From Patescibacteria group bacterium (GTDB taxonomy: Bacteria > Patescibacteriota > Minisyncoccia > Phycocordibacterales > Phycocordibacteraceae), in NCBI GenBank assembly GCA_019744845.1, contig JAIETW010000001.1, positions 482,859 through 546,858 on the forward strand: a DNA stretch of 64,000 nucleotides, written 5' to 3'. Positions 42,684 through 53,300 of the stretch are shown piece after piece. Position 1 is the stretch's first letter. Every line of letters begins with the position of its first letter. A program made the position numbers and the translations under genes. The notes under the pieces were generated by a model that did not search any database, was not told the origin of the DNA, and was given only the letters and a program-made list of their open reading frames with translations.

Positions 42684-42711
42684 AAAAGCCCCGCCTCAAG
42701 CGGGGTTTTTT
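42684..42711 (+). terminator. Intrinsic terminator directly after rplK
   Basis: GCCCCGC-ctcaa-GCGGGGT followed by T-run. Confidence 0.85.
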
Positions 42712-42729
42712 CTTGTGTAGAATACGCAT

Positions 42730-43545
42730 ATGGCTCTAGAGTCTTTCTCCTCAGCAGAAACCGGACCACTCTCAAAAGAAGAGATTGCTGCAGTGTTTGA
42801 AGAAGCACGCGTGATGAATCTCCTCTTCCCGCAGGCCATCCAGGGCATTGCCATGGTGATGATTGGAGAGTTGCTCAACTCTCCGAACCCAGAGCGCATG
42901 CTCCGTCGCTTCGCAAGTACACGACTTCCTGAGCCCTTGGCAGAAAAATATGGAGACCATGGCACTGCGGCGCATATCGCACGCGGATTTACCCGAGAGG
43001 TAGGGGCGCTCGGTGGCGCATGGTTGTGGGAGCGGGAGAAAGTAACTTTGTTTGCTATTCTTGCGCGCGTTTTTCTTTCTCGTGAAGATCGGCAACAGCT
43101 TCATATAGACAGCCCGCGCATTAAAGAGATAGGAAGAATGCTCCAGCACGTGATACACAGCTCTGGAAAGTTTGAAGACGGCCCTCAGTTTAATGAGGCA
43201 GGTATTACTGAACTCTGCAAAGTCCTCTCTGCGCGCATGTCCGCCGATAAAGAGGGAGTAGCTGCACTGCAAGCATACGCCCCGCTAGTTAAAGAAGCGC
43301 TTGAAACTTTGACTGACAAACTTACGGTGTATAGAGAAGGGTTCGCTCCGATTGTGAAACGACGTGACCTCACAGGAGACATCCATACCTATTTTGCGCA
43401 AACGGATGCACACGTGCGTCCAATGCTAGACCAGGCCCTTGATGCCACTGAAACTCTTTTGAAAGAAAAAGAAATGCCGCAGGCTCTCAAGCGCCGCGTA
43501 GAGCTCCTCATCAATATTCTTAAGACGCAGTATTTTGAGCACTAG
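42730..43545 (+). CDS. Hypothetical helical protein
   Basis: 271-aa ORF with TAGAAT-6-ATG upstream. Confidence 0.65.
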   Translation: MALESFSSAETGPLSKEEIAAVFEEARVMNLLFPQAIQGIAMVMIGELLNSPNPERMLRRFASTRLPEPLAEKYGDHGTAAHIARGFTREVGALGGAWLWEREKVTLFAILARVFLSREDRQQLHIDSPRIKEIGRMLQHVIHSSGKFEDGPQFNEAGITELCKVLSARMSADKEGVAALQAYAPLVKEALETLTDKLTVYREGFAPIVKRRDLTGDIHTYFAQTDAHVRPMLDQALDATETLLKEKEMPQALKRRVELLINILKTQYFEH

Positions 43546-44030
43546 CGCTCAAGAGTGAGATACGTATACGGAGGATTGTGATCTAGATGGGGGACTTCTT
43601 CTACGACTTTCGTAAATTCTCCGTAGTCAGGGAAGAACACATCACCAGGAGAATCGTCGTGTACGAGGGTCAGGTACAGGCGGTCAGTATAAGGGAACGC
43701 ATCCTTGAAGATGCCACAGCCGCCAATGATATAGATCTCTTCGGAACCTGGGGAATTCTTTGCTGCTTCTATTGCAGCCTCTACGGAAGATACGACGACT
43801 GCACCCGGCGCCTCGTACTCAGGGTTACGAGTGACGACAATGTTCGTGCGCTTTGGAAGGGGGCGGCGCTCAGCGGGAAGGGATTCCCACGTCTTACGTC
43901 CCATGATGATGGGGTGGTTACGGGTGAAGTTGCGGAAGCGCTCCAAGTCTTCAGGGATGTCCCAGACCAAATCATTATCCTTCCCTAGGACTTTCGTGTG
44001 CGCTCCAATAGCGGCAATGGCAGCAATCAT
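43542..44030 (-). CDS. folA: Dihydrofolate reductase
   Basis: IMGRKTWES, PLPKRTNIV, IIGG motifs. Confidence 0.96.
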   Translation of the reverse strand: MIAAIAAIGAHTKVLGKDNDLVWDIPEDLERFRNFTRNHPIIMGRKTWESLPAERRPLPKRTNIVVTRNPEYEAPGAVVVSSVEAAIEAAKNSPGSEEIYIIGGCGIFKDAFPYTDRLYLTLVHDDSPGDVFFPDYGEFTKVVEEVPHLDHNPPYTYLTLER

Positions 44031-44482
44031 GATTTCAAGATATCACGCGCATGCGTCTCATACACAAAGAGCTGTTCTCCTTCTGAAACGCAGACATAAT
44101 CTACTGGCTGGTCCCATGGCTGCCGCAGAAGGGGAGCCTCTGAGAACTGGGATGGATAGCAAAAGCCGACGCGAAGCCAATTCTTTGGAAGGTATCCAAG
44201 AAAACGGTCATACCAGCCACCACCTCTGCCGTGTCGTGTACCGAGTGCATCAAAGGCACGACCAGGCACGAAGACTACAACGGGAGTGTCTTTGAACGCG
44301 ACACGCACCGCCTTTGCTTCTTCTTCAGGGTTGAGAGAAGCCCGAGGAGTGACGGTGTGCGTGGGTGCTTGCTTTGGAAGAGAAATATAATCCAAGAATG
44401 GTACCTCCGTCTTTAACGGAACGTACGTAACAAAAGCGCCATAGGCGCTTAGGACAACTGCTATTTTGACTTCTTGTGCCAC
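44027..44482 (-). CDS. 5-formyltetrahydrofolate cyclo-ligase (short)
   Basis: VPGRAFD..GTRHGRGGGWYDRFL, WDQPVD. Confidence 0.85.
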   Translation of the reverse strand: MAQEVKIAVVLSAYGAFVTYVPLKTEVPFLDYISLPKQAPTHTVTPRASLNPEEEAKAVRVAFKDTPVVVFVPGRAFDALGTRHGRGGGWYDRFLGYLPKNWLRVGFCYPSQFSEAPLLRQPWDQPVDYVCVSEGEQLFVYETHARDILKS

Positions 44483-45159
44483 GATTGTTTCTTTTTAATA
44501 TCGCGATCCTTCCAGAGTTTCGGAAGCATCATGTCCGGCTTCCACTCCTTCTTAAGGCGGGAAAGCTCCGTTGAGCTCTGGTACTTACCGGCCGCTGCGT
44601 AGTCTTTCTTCAAGATAGGGCCAGTTTCAAAGAAGACGATCTGTGCGATACGACGTCCGACCACGAGAGGAATGATGTAGTGGCGAGAAGAGTTTGAGAT
44701 CTCCATAGTCCAGCGGTTGATGTAGCCGACGTCACCCCACCCCGCACACTTACAGACGTTAATGAAGTCGCGGGCAAGAGACGAGCGCGCCTTCATCATA
44801 GTCGTGACGGTGTCGCGTCCACCGATGAATTCATTCGTGTGCGCAAGGATGGTTTCTCCCGGCTCAAGAAGAATCACCTTGTCGTCAGGGCGAATCCCAT
44901 CAAAGTCAAAGTTGAAGTCGCTCAAACAATCCTTCGCATAGTCAGCACGATGTGGCTCGGTGCCCCAGATAAGTTCGGTGTCTTTCTTGCTGTAGAGGTT
45001 GAAGAGATTCTTGTAGCGCTTTGGCTTCTGTTCTCGGTAGAACCATTCACCAAGCGTGACGTCCATGGAGGACGTACAAAGATTTTCCTTATCAAAGGGC
45101 TCAATCACAATAGAACCCGCCCTCATGTGTTCAAGAATCTTTTTGTCCGAAAGTGCCAT
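44461..45159 (-). CDS. dcd: dCTP deaminase family protein
   Basis: LSDKKI, SMDVTLG, ARSSLAR, GRRIAQIVF, GKYQ. Confidence 0.88.
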   Translation of the reverse strand: MALSDKKILEHMRAGSIVIEPFDKENLCTSSMDVTLGEWFYREQKPKRYKNLFNLYSKKDTELIWGTEPHRADYAKDCLSDFNFDFDGIRPDDKVILLEPGETILAHTNEFIGGRDTVTTMMKARSSLARDFINVCKCAGWGDVGYINRWTMEISNSSRHYIIPLVVGRRIAQIVFFETGPILKKDYAAAGKYQSSTELSRLKKEWKPDMMLPKLWKDRDIKKKQSWHKKSK

Positions 45160-45169
45160 AGTCCGAGGA

Positions 45170-46003
45170 TTATACCGCCATAGGGGCCTTAATAGTAGGG
45201 TGGGATTCGTAGTTTTCCAGCTTGATGTCGTCCATGGTGAACTTATCTATGTCTTTGATTTCAGGATTGAGCCAGAGGGTAGGGGAGGCGAGGGGTTCAC
45301 GAGTCAGCTGCTCCTTTACGGCATCAAAGTGGTTCTTATATATATGTGCATCGCCAAGCACGTGCACGAATTCTCCCGGCTTGTATCCCGTTACCTGCGC
45401 CACCATCATCAAGAAGAGGGAATAGGAGGCGATGTTAAACGGTACGCCAAGGAACATGTCACAGCTGCGCTGATACATCTGCATAGAGAGGCGACCATCG
45501 GCGACAAAAAACTGGAACATGACGTGGCAGGGAGGAAGCGCCATCTGATCAAGCTCTCCAGGATTCCAGGCAGAGACAATAAGACGACGTGAAGTAGGGT
45601 CAGTCTTTATGCGCTCTATCACTTCCTTAATCTGATCTACGGTCCCACCATCAGGCTTCTGCCAACTCCGCCATTGCACACCATAGATACGACCGAGATC
45701 CCCTGGGAATTTTGCTTTTGGTTTCCAGTAATCTGCCTCTGCGTTGTCGGTCCAGATCGTGCGCTCACTTCCGTTCAGTTCCTTGAGACGGTTGTCGTCG
45801 TTGCTTCCCTCAAGAAACCAGAGAAGTTCACTCTTAACTGCTTTAAAGGCAAGTTTCTTCGTCGTAATAGCGGGGAAGCCGTGTGCCAGATCAAAGCGCA
45901 TCTGAAACCCAAAAAGGCCACGAGTACCAACCCCTGTACGATCATTGCGGTCTACTCCCTCTTCGTAGATTTTACGGAGGCTATGTAGATAGGGCTGTTC
46001 CAT
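45170..46003 (-). CDS. thyA: Thymidylate synthase
   Basis: [30 protein letters not shown]. Confidence 0.98.
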   Translation of the reverse strand: MEQPYLHSLRKIYEEGVDRNDRTGVGTRGLFGFQMRFDLAHGFPAITTKKLAFKAVKSELLWFLEGSNDDNRLKELNGSERTIWTDNAEADYWKPKAKFPGDLGRIYGVQWRSWQKPDGGTVDQIKEVIERIKTDPTSRRLIVSAWNPGELDQMALPPCHVMFQFFVADGRLSMQMYQRSCDMFLGVPFNIASYSLFLMMVAQVTGYKPGEFVHVLGDAHIYKNHFDAVKEQLTREPLASPTLWLNPEIKDIDKFTMDDIKLENYESHPTIKAPMAV

Positions 46004-46023
46004 ACAGGCAGTATACTAGGGGT
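46004..46023. promoter_or_regulatory. Symmetric bidirectional -10 element shared by thyA and tmk
   Basis: Palindrome AGTATACT (46010-46017) gives TATACT-6-ATG on both strands. Confidence 0.65.
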
Positions 46024-46707
46024 ATGAAAAAAGGGGTGTTTATAGTCCTTGACGGTAATGATGGCTCTGGTAAGGCGACCCAAACCAGACTTTTGGCTGA
46101 GCGCCTCACAAAGGAAAAGGTACCACTTGAGACCTTTGATTTCCCAAGCTACAACCGCAATTTCTTTGGCACGATGCTCGCCGATTGTTTGTCGGGGAAG
46201 TGCGGAGATTTCGTACACTTAGACCCCAAGATCGCATCTACTTTGTATGCACTTGACCGCTTTGAAGAGACACCACGTATTAAACGAGCGCTCTCAGATG
46301 GGAAGGTGGTAATTACTGACCGCTTCTCTTCGTCGAACCAGATACACCAAGGAGGAAAGATAGAAGACACTAAGGCGAGAGAGGAGTTCCTCATCTGGCT
46401 TGATGGTATGGAACACACGACGCTTGGCATCCCACGCCCTGACGCGGTGCTGTACTTTGATGTGCCGCTGGAGATTAGCCTTGCCCTTCTTGAGGAGAAG
46501 CGGGCAGTAAAGAACGCGGGGGTAGAGGGGAAAGACCAGGTAGAGCAAGATCGCCAGTACCTCGCCCAGAGCTATGAGGCTGCCAAGTGGCTTGCGAGCC
46601 GCCAGCCAAACTGGCATGTGATCCAATGTGCGGAGAATGGGGTGATGCGGAGCCGGGAGGCAATCCACGAGGACGTCTATAGAGTAGTGTCGGGGCTTCT
46701 AGTATAA
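46024..46707 (+). CDS. tmk: Thymidylate kinase
   Basis: FIVLDGNDGSGKATQ, DRF, PRPD; start reassigned to 46024. Confidence 0.93.
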   Translation: MKKGVFIVLDGNDGSGKATQTRLLAERLTKEKVPLETFDFPSYNRNFFGTMLADCLSGKCGDFVHLDPKIASTLYALDRFEETPRIKRALSDGKVVITDRFSSSNQIHQGGKIEDTKAREEFLIWLDGMEHTTLGIPRPDAVLYFDVPLEISLALLEEKRAVKNAGVEGKDQVEQDRQYLAQSYEAAKWLASRQPNWHVIQCAENGVMRSREAIHEDVYRVVSGLLV

Positions 46708-46739
46708 TTAGGCATTAGAAGATTAGCGGTTCCCATACC

Positions 46740-48005
46740 ATGTCCAGTTACGAGCACGTGAAGCGTGACGATCCGGAAATTTACCGGGCCCTAGAGGGAG
46801 AAGAGAGGCGTGAACGGGAGGGCCTTGAGCTTATCCCTTCAGAGAACTATGTATCACTCGCCGTACGCGAAGTGATGGGTTCCGTGTTCACAAACAAGTA
46901 CTCGGAAGGGTACCCAGGCAAGCGCTACTACGGCGGGCAGCAGTACACCGACGTCATAGAGGACCTTGCACGCGAACGTGCGAAGAAACTCTTCAACGCA
47001 GGGTTTGCAAACGTGCAGCCACACGCTGGTGCTCCGGCAAACGTTGCAATGTACTTCGCACTCCTTGAGCCGGGGGACACGATTCTCGGTATGGATCTCT
47101 CCCACGGTGGACACCTCACGCACGGGCACCCCGTGACCTATCTCACGAAGATCTTCAACTTCGTGCGATACAAAATGAAGAACATTGAGACGGGAGAAAT
47201 TGATTACGATGAGATGCTAGAGGTGGCGAAGCGTGAGAAGCCAAAGATGCTTCTTGCAGGGTACTCTGCGTATCCTCGCGAGCTTGATTACACAAAATTT
47301 GTATCTATCGCGCGCGAAGTCGGGGCAATCGCCGTCATGGATGTGGCGCACATTGCGGGGCTCATCGCCGGAAAGGCAGTGAAGAATCCATTTGATTACG
47401 GCTTTGATGTGATGACTACCACGACGCACAAGACACTTCGTGGTCCTCGTGGCGGCATGATCCTCACCCGTGAAGACGCGGACGTTGCAAAGAAGATTGA
47501 TAAGTCTGTGTTCCCTGGATTCCAGGGCGGTCCTTTGATGCACATGATTGCCGCAAAGGCAGTGTGTTTCGGGGAAGCACTTACGCCACAGTTTGAGACC
47601 TACGCCAAGCAGGTGATTGTGAATGCGTCTGCCATGGCGGATGTATTCCTTGAGGATGGTGCACGCCTTATTACGGGCGGCACCTCTAACCACCTCATCC
47701 TTGCGGATGTGTGGGGCTCCTACGAAATCTCAGGACATGATGCAGAGACTCTCCTTGATCGTGCAGGTATTACGCTTAACAAGAACTCCATTGCTGACGA
47801 TACACGTAAGCCAATGGACCCATCTGGTATCCGCTTCGGTACGCCTGCGATCACCACTCGTGGATTCAAGGAAGCAGAGTGTATCCGCATTGCAGAACTC
47901 ATGATTGAGATCTTGAAGAAGCGTGATGATGCGACGGTAGAGGCCGCACGTGCAGAAGTGCAGACCATGGCTGAGAAGCACCCAGTACCAGAATCATTCG
48001 TCTAA
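46740..48005 (+). CDS. glyA: Serine hydroxymethyltransferase
   Basis: LIPSENY, GGHLTHG, TTTHKTLRGPRGG. Confidence 0.98.
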   Translation: MSSYEHVKRDDPEIYRALEGEERREREGLELIPSENYVSLAVREVMGSVFTNKYSEGYPGKRYYGGQQYTDVIEDLARERAKKLFNAGFANVQPHAGAPANVAMYFALLEPGDTILGMDLSHGGHLTHGHPVTYLTKIFNFVRYKMKNIETGEIDYDEMLEVAKREKPKMLLAGYSAYPRELDYTKFVSIAREVGAIAVMDVAHIAGLIAGKAVKNPFDYGFDVMTTTTHKTLRGPRGGMILTREDADVAKKIDKSVFPGFQGGPLMHMIAAKAVCFGEALTPQFETYAKQVIVNASAMADVFLEDGARLITGGTSNHLILADVWGSYEISGHDAETLLDRAGITLNKNSIADDTRKPMDPSGIRFGTPAITTRGFKEAECIRIAELMIEILKKRDDATVEAARAEVQTMAEKHPVPESFV

Positions 48006-48382
48006 TGAAGATTCGGAAGGCCAACGGACTTGATGGGGCCGCCATCAGGAACTTGATACGACTGTATCCAGGGAAGTTGATACAAGAACATCTTCCTCGT
48101 ACGGGAGAGTTCTTTGTTGCCATTGAAGGGAAGAAGATTGTCGGCTGTTGTGCACTTGCCGTGTATTCAAAGCGGCTCGCAGAGATTCGTTCGCTTGCAG
48201 TTGATCCGAACTTCCAAGGGAAGGGGATAGGACGCGCACTCGTGGATGCGTGCATGAAAGAGGCAAAGCGTCGCAAAGTATACGAGGTACTTTCAGTCAC
48301 CGGCGCCAAGGAGCTTTTTGAGAAGCATGGCTTCAACACCTTCAATCAGGAGAAATACGCGATGATTCGGGTCCTTGGATAG
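48005..48382 (+). CDS. GNAT N-acetyltransferase (short ArgA-like)
   Basis: VGCCAL, AEIRSLAV, QGKGIG, LFEKHGF. Confidence 0.85.
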   Translation: MKIRKANGLDGAAIRNLIRLYPGKLIQEHLPRTGEFFVAIEGKKIVGCCALAVYSKRLAEIRSLAVDPNFQGKGIGRALVDACMKEAKRRKVYEVLSVTGAKELFEKHGFNTFNQEKYAMIRVLG

Positions 48383-48404
48383 GCCCGTTTGCTATACTCC
48401 CTGC

Positions 48405-50048
48405 ATGGAAACGCGCATCAAAGATGCCGTGAGAAACGCTCTTCTGGCGCTCGGCGCGCCGGAGCTTCCATTTGCCGTAGAGCGCCCGGGAGATCACGCG
48501 CATGGAGATTACGCGGTAAATGCCGCACTCGTTGCCGCTAAGGTGCTCGGGAAGAATCCTAAGGAAGTGGCGGATGCACTTGCGACTGAACTTACCAAGG
48601 CGCTTGGAGATTCGGTCACTCGCGTGAGTGTCGCCGGTCCTGGTTTCATCAACATCACGCTTGCCCGCTCAGTTATTACGGACGCACTTGAAGAGGCGCA
48701 CACAGAAGAATGGGGGAAGGGAGTGGTGAACGCAGAGAAGAGGGTGATGGTGGAGTTCACCGACCCCAATCCATTTAAGGAGATGCACATTGGGCACCTC
48801 ATGAGCAACGTGATTGGCGAATCAGTCGCGCGTCTTATTGAATACTCGGGGGCTACTGTTGCGCGTGCAAATTATTTCGGTGACGTCGGACCCCACGTCG
48901 CAAAAGCGATCTGGGGATTGAAGCATGCAGGAGTGACAGATCCAGATTCTGCCGCAGAGATTGGCAAAGCATATGCGCATGGATCTCGTTCGTACGAAGA
49001 AAGCGAGAAGGCAAAGGAAGAAATAGACGCACTTAACATCGCGCTCTATAAAGGAGAAGACAGAGAACTCATGGAGTTCTGGCGCAAAGGACGTGCCGTC
49101 TCACTCGACGCGTTTGAAGAGGTGTACAAGACACTCGGCACGAAGTTTGATTACTATTTCCCAGAAAGCGAAGTGGCCGATGATGGCGTGCGACTCGTAC
49201 AGGAAGGAGTAGAGAAGGGGGTGTTTGAAGAGAGTCAGGGCGCCATAATTTTTAATGGTGAGAAGCGAGGCCTTCATACATTGGTGTTCATCACTTCTAA
49301 AGGCACGCCAACCTATGAAGCCAAGGAGCTTGGGCTCGCCTTTGCAAAGGAGGCGCGCTGGCCATCTGACGTATCACTCATTCTCACCGCGGCAGAACAG
49401 GTGGGACATTTTCATGTCGCACTCGCGGCACTCAAAGAGTTTGCGCATGCGCTTGCCGAAAAGACCGCGCATATTCCTCACGGATTCCTACGCCTCACCA
49501 CGGGGAAGATGTCTTCTCGCGAAGGCACGATCGTGACTGCGACCTCACTCATCAACGATATGGTGGCAAAGGCGCAGGAGCGTGCGCAGGATGTGCTTGT
49601 GGCAGAACAGGTCGGCATTGCCGCAATTAAATACATGGTGCTTCGTCAGGCACCGGGAGGTGACATCATTTTCAATCCTGAACAATCACTTTCTCTTGAG
49701 GGAGATTCTGGTCCGTACCTTCAGTACGCACTCGTGCGTGCGACGTCAGTGCTCGCGTCTGCAGAGAAAGAGGGAAGCAGAGAGGACGCACCCGCGGAAC
49801 CGTATCTTATTGAACGTCTCATCTCTCGTTTCCCTGAAGTTGCGGCCCGTGCAGAGCGCGAGCGCTCCCCACATCATGTCGCACAGTATTTGACCACGCT
49901 TGCGGGAGAGTGGAACTCTTTTTATGCGCAGAACCGTATCATTGGAGGAGAGTATGAGCCATACAAATTGTTTGTGGCACGTGCCTTCCAGAACACCATG
50001 AAAAAAGGTCTGTGGCTCCTGGGGATTCCAACTCCAGAGAAGATGTAA
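48405..50048 (+). CDS. argS: Arginine--tRNA ligase
   Basis: GPGFIN, PNPFKEMHIGH, KMSSR, GPYLQYA, EKM; start 48405. Confidence 0.96.
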   Translation: METRIKDAVRNALLALGAPELPFAVERPGDHAHGDYAVNAALVAAKVLGKNPKEVADALATELTKALGDSVTRVSVAGPGFINITLARSVITDALEEAHTEEWGKGVVNAEKRVMVEFTDPNPFKEMHIGHLMSNVIGESVARLIEYSGATVARANYFGDVGPHVAKAIWGLKHAGVTDPDSAAEIGKAYAHGSRSYEESEKAKEEIDALNIALYKGEDRELMEFWRKGRAVSLDAFEEVYKTLGTKFDYYFPESEVADDGVRLVQEGVEKGVFEESQGAIIFNGEKRGLHTLVFITSKGTPTYEAKELGLAFAKEARWPSDVSLILTAAEQVGHFHVALAALKEFAHALAEKTAHIPHGFLRLTTGKMSSREGTIVTATSLINDMVAKAQERAQDVLVAEQVGIAAIKYMVLRQAPGGDIIFNPEQSLSLEGDSGPYLQYALVRATSVLASAEKEGSREDAPAEPYLIERLISRFPEVAARAERERSPHHVAQYLTTLAGEWNSFYAQNRIIGGEYEPYKLFVARAFQNTMKKGLWLLGIPTPEKM

Positions 50049-50059
50049 TATAGGAGCAT

Positions 50060-50341
50060 ATGAGCGAAGGAATAGAAGCAAAAGGATCAACCACCGAACC
50101 AGTTATTGCGAGCATACGCGATGCGGTCTTATACGCCCGAACGATTGGATACCCTATTCTCGTCCGTCCGTGGGGATGCGATGAGAATTCAGAAAAACTC
50201 TTTCATGTCGTGAACAACGATGAAGAGCTTATCCGCATTCTTCCGGATGCGCTTCGTGACTCAGTTAACCAGGGCCGTGTAGACATGGTGCATCTTACAA
50301 AGGCACAGGAAACGAAGAGCTACATCCCAACGCCTAAATAG
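50060..50341 (+). CDS. Small protein resembling the ATP-grasp lid subdomain of carbamoyl-phosphate synthase
   Basis: DAVLYARTIGYPILVRP...VVNNDEEL. Confidence 0.6.
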   Translation: MSEGIEAKGSTTEPVIASIRDAVLYARTIGYPILVRPWGCDENSEKLFHVVNNDEELIRILPDALRDSVNQGRVDMVHLTKAQETKSYIPTPK

Positions 50342-50379
50342 TTTGGGGAACGTCCTTTCCTAGGATAGGATGGACGATT

Positions 50380-53300
50380 ATGGCAGATGATCGGGGTAAA
50401 GCAGAGGTAGCACGACGCGAAGAGGAAATTCTCGCGTTTTGGAAGGATGCCCGTATCTTTGAGAAATCACTCGGGAAAGATGCTCCTAAGGGGGAGTTCA
50501 CCTTTTATGACGGTCCTCCATTTGCGACCGGCCTCCCACACCAGGGTTCTCTTCTTTCTTCGGTCGCTAAAGATGCGATCCCGCGCTACAAGACCATGCG
50601 TGGGTATAGAGTACGTCGTCGTTGGGGCTGGGATACGCACGGACTTCCGATTGAATCGCTCGTAGAGAAGAAGCTGGGACTGAAGAATAAGAAAGAGATT
50701 CTCAATATAGGTATTGAGACCTTTAACGAGACTGCGCGCTCCATGGTGCTTGATTACGTGCATGAGTGGAAACGCTACATTGAGCGTATTGGTCGCTTCG
50801 TGGATTTTGATAATTCCTACAAGACCATGGACAACTCATTCATTGAGTCGGTCTGGTGGGGACTGAAGGAGATACATAAGAAGGGACGTCTCTATGAGGG
50901 ACGCAAAGTGCTTATGTACTGTCCGCACTGCGAAACGCCACTCGCGAAAGCAGAGATCGCGATGGACAACACCTATAAGGACATCACTGAAGAAGCGGTG
51001 ACGGTGAAGTTCAAGGTGAAGAATCCAGAGAAGCATGCGTTGCCCGCAGATACCCACATTCTCGCGTGGACCACGACGCCGTGGACGCTTCCGGGAAACG
51101 TGGGACTTGCAGTAGGGAAGGACATTCAGTACGGGCTCTACGGAAACGTGATTGCGGCTTCCGCGCGCGCTGAGTCTCTCGGGCTCTCCTCTCCTTCAAA
51201 GGAGATTACGGGCGCTGAACTTGTGGGTATTGAATACGAACCGCTCTATGACATCGCAAAAGTGGCGGCACACACAGGAAAGAAGTGGCAGGTGCTCTCC
51301 GGAGATTTCGTTACCACTGAAGATGGTACGGGTATCGTGCACACTGCCGTCATCTATGGAGAGGACGACTACGCGCTTGGCCTTAAGGAAGGGCTTCCAA
51401 TGGTGCCGCTCCTAAATCCAAACGGTACGTACAACGCTGACGCACCTGAGTTTGTGCAGGGGCAGTACATCAAGAAAGCAGAACCACTCATCAAGGAAGA
51501 TCTGGAGAAGCGCGGACTCATGTTTGCGAAGGCGATGAATACGCACTCATACCCGCATTGTTACCGCTGCGGCACTGCGCTCATCTACAACGCCGTCTCT
51601 TCGTGGTTCATAGATATTCAGTCGGTGAAGCAGAAGATGCTCGCAGAGAACGAAAAGATTTCCTGGACTCCAGGGCATCTTAAGCACGGACGTTTCAAAC
51701 ACATTATTGAATCTGCACCAGATTGGACTATTTCTCGTAACCGATTCTGGGCAAGTCCGCTTCCGATCTGGAAAGATCCGAAAGGGAATGTCACCGTCAT
51801 CGGTTCTCTTGATGAGCTTAAGGCGCGCACGAAGAAGTCAGGCAACAAATATTTCCTTCTTCGTCATGGCGAGGCAGAGCAGAATGCGATGGATATTTTG
51901 AACAGCAAAGATCCAGAGAAGTATGGTTTGACCGAAAAAGGGAAGGGGCAGGCAGATGAGGCAGGGGATGCGCTTAAAGAGAAAAAGATCACCAAGGTCT
52001 TTGTGTCCCCGTATCGTCGTACTCGCGAGACGGCAGGCATTGTCGCAAAGAAGCTCGGTATTCCAGAGTCTTCAATTGTCGTAGACGAGCGTATTCGCGA
52101 GCTTGATTTTGGCGAGAAAGATGGCAGTGGGCACAACGCATTCCTTGAATACCGTGCCGCACACATGTCCTCCTGTGACGATCGTATTCCTGGAGGGGAG
52201 AGTTACCAGGACGCCCGCAAGCGTTTTGGAGAGTTTATTTATGAAATAGAAGAGAAGTACCAGAATGAATCGGTGCTCATTGTCTCGCACGGCATTGCCT
52301 TTGAGACACTGGAGACACTTTCACTTGGACTCAGCAAGGTAGAGGTATGGGATCGCATTCTTGGCGTCCGCGCACCTATCGGCGCATACAAGGAGATTGA
52401 GTTTGTACCACTGCCACATAACAAGGATTACGAACTTGATTACCATCTCCCATACATAGATCGGGTGCAGCTTGTCTCTGAATCGGGAGAGCCACTTACC
52501 CGTACGCCTGAAGTGGTGGACTGTTGGGTGGAGTCAGGCTCCATGCCGTTTGCGGAGTACCACTATCCCTTTGAGAACCAGAAGGAGTTTGAGAAACGTG
52601 CGCCGGGGGACTTCGTCTCCGAATACATTGGGCAAACTCGTGCCTGGTTCTACTACATGCACGCGATCTCTGTCTCTATCTTTGGCCGTCAGTCATTCCG
52701 CAATGTGATCACGACTGGAAACGTCGTTGCCAAAGACGGGGCGAAGCTCTCTAAGAGTAAGAACAACTATACGGATCCGTACGTACTCTTTGATATGTAT
52801 GGTGCAGACGCGTTCCGGTATTACCTCCTCTCAAGTCCGGTCATGCAGGCAGAGGATCTTATGTTCCGCGATGAGGACGTGAAGGATGCGCATGCACGCG
52901 TCGTGAACATGCTTCGGAACGTCTTGTCCTTCTACCTTCTCTTTAAGGACGACATAAAAGAAGGAGTAGTGGTGCGCACCACGCATCCACTTGATAAGTG
53001 GATCTGGGCACGCTTCTCTGAAGTGCTTGCAGATTCCACTGATGCCTTTGATCGCTACGACGTCGTACGCGCGACACGCCCGTTCAAGGATTTCATTGAT
53101 GACTTGTCTACCTGGTACCTTCGTCGCTCACGTGACCGTGTGAAGGGAGAGGATGAGGAAGATCGTCAGGCAGCACTCCTTACCCTCCGTCACATTCTTC
53201 GTGAGTTCTCTAAGGTGATTGCGCCCGCAATGCCGTTTATCGCAGACGAAATATTCCGCACCGTGCGTCTCTCCTCTGATCCTGAAAGTGTGCACCTTGC

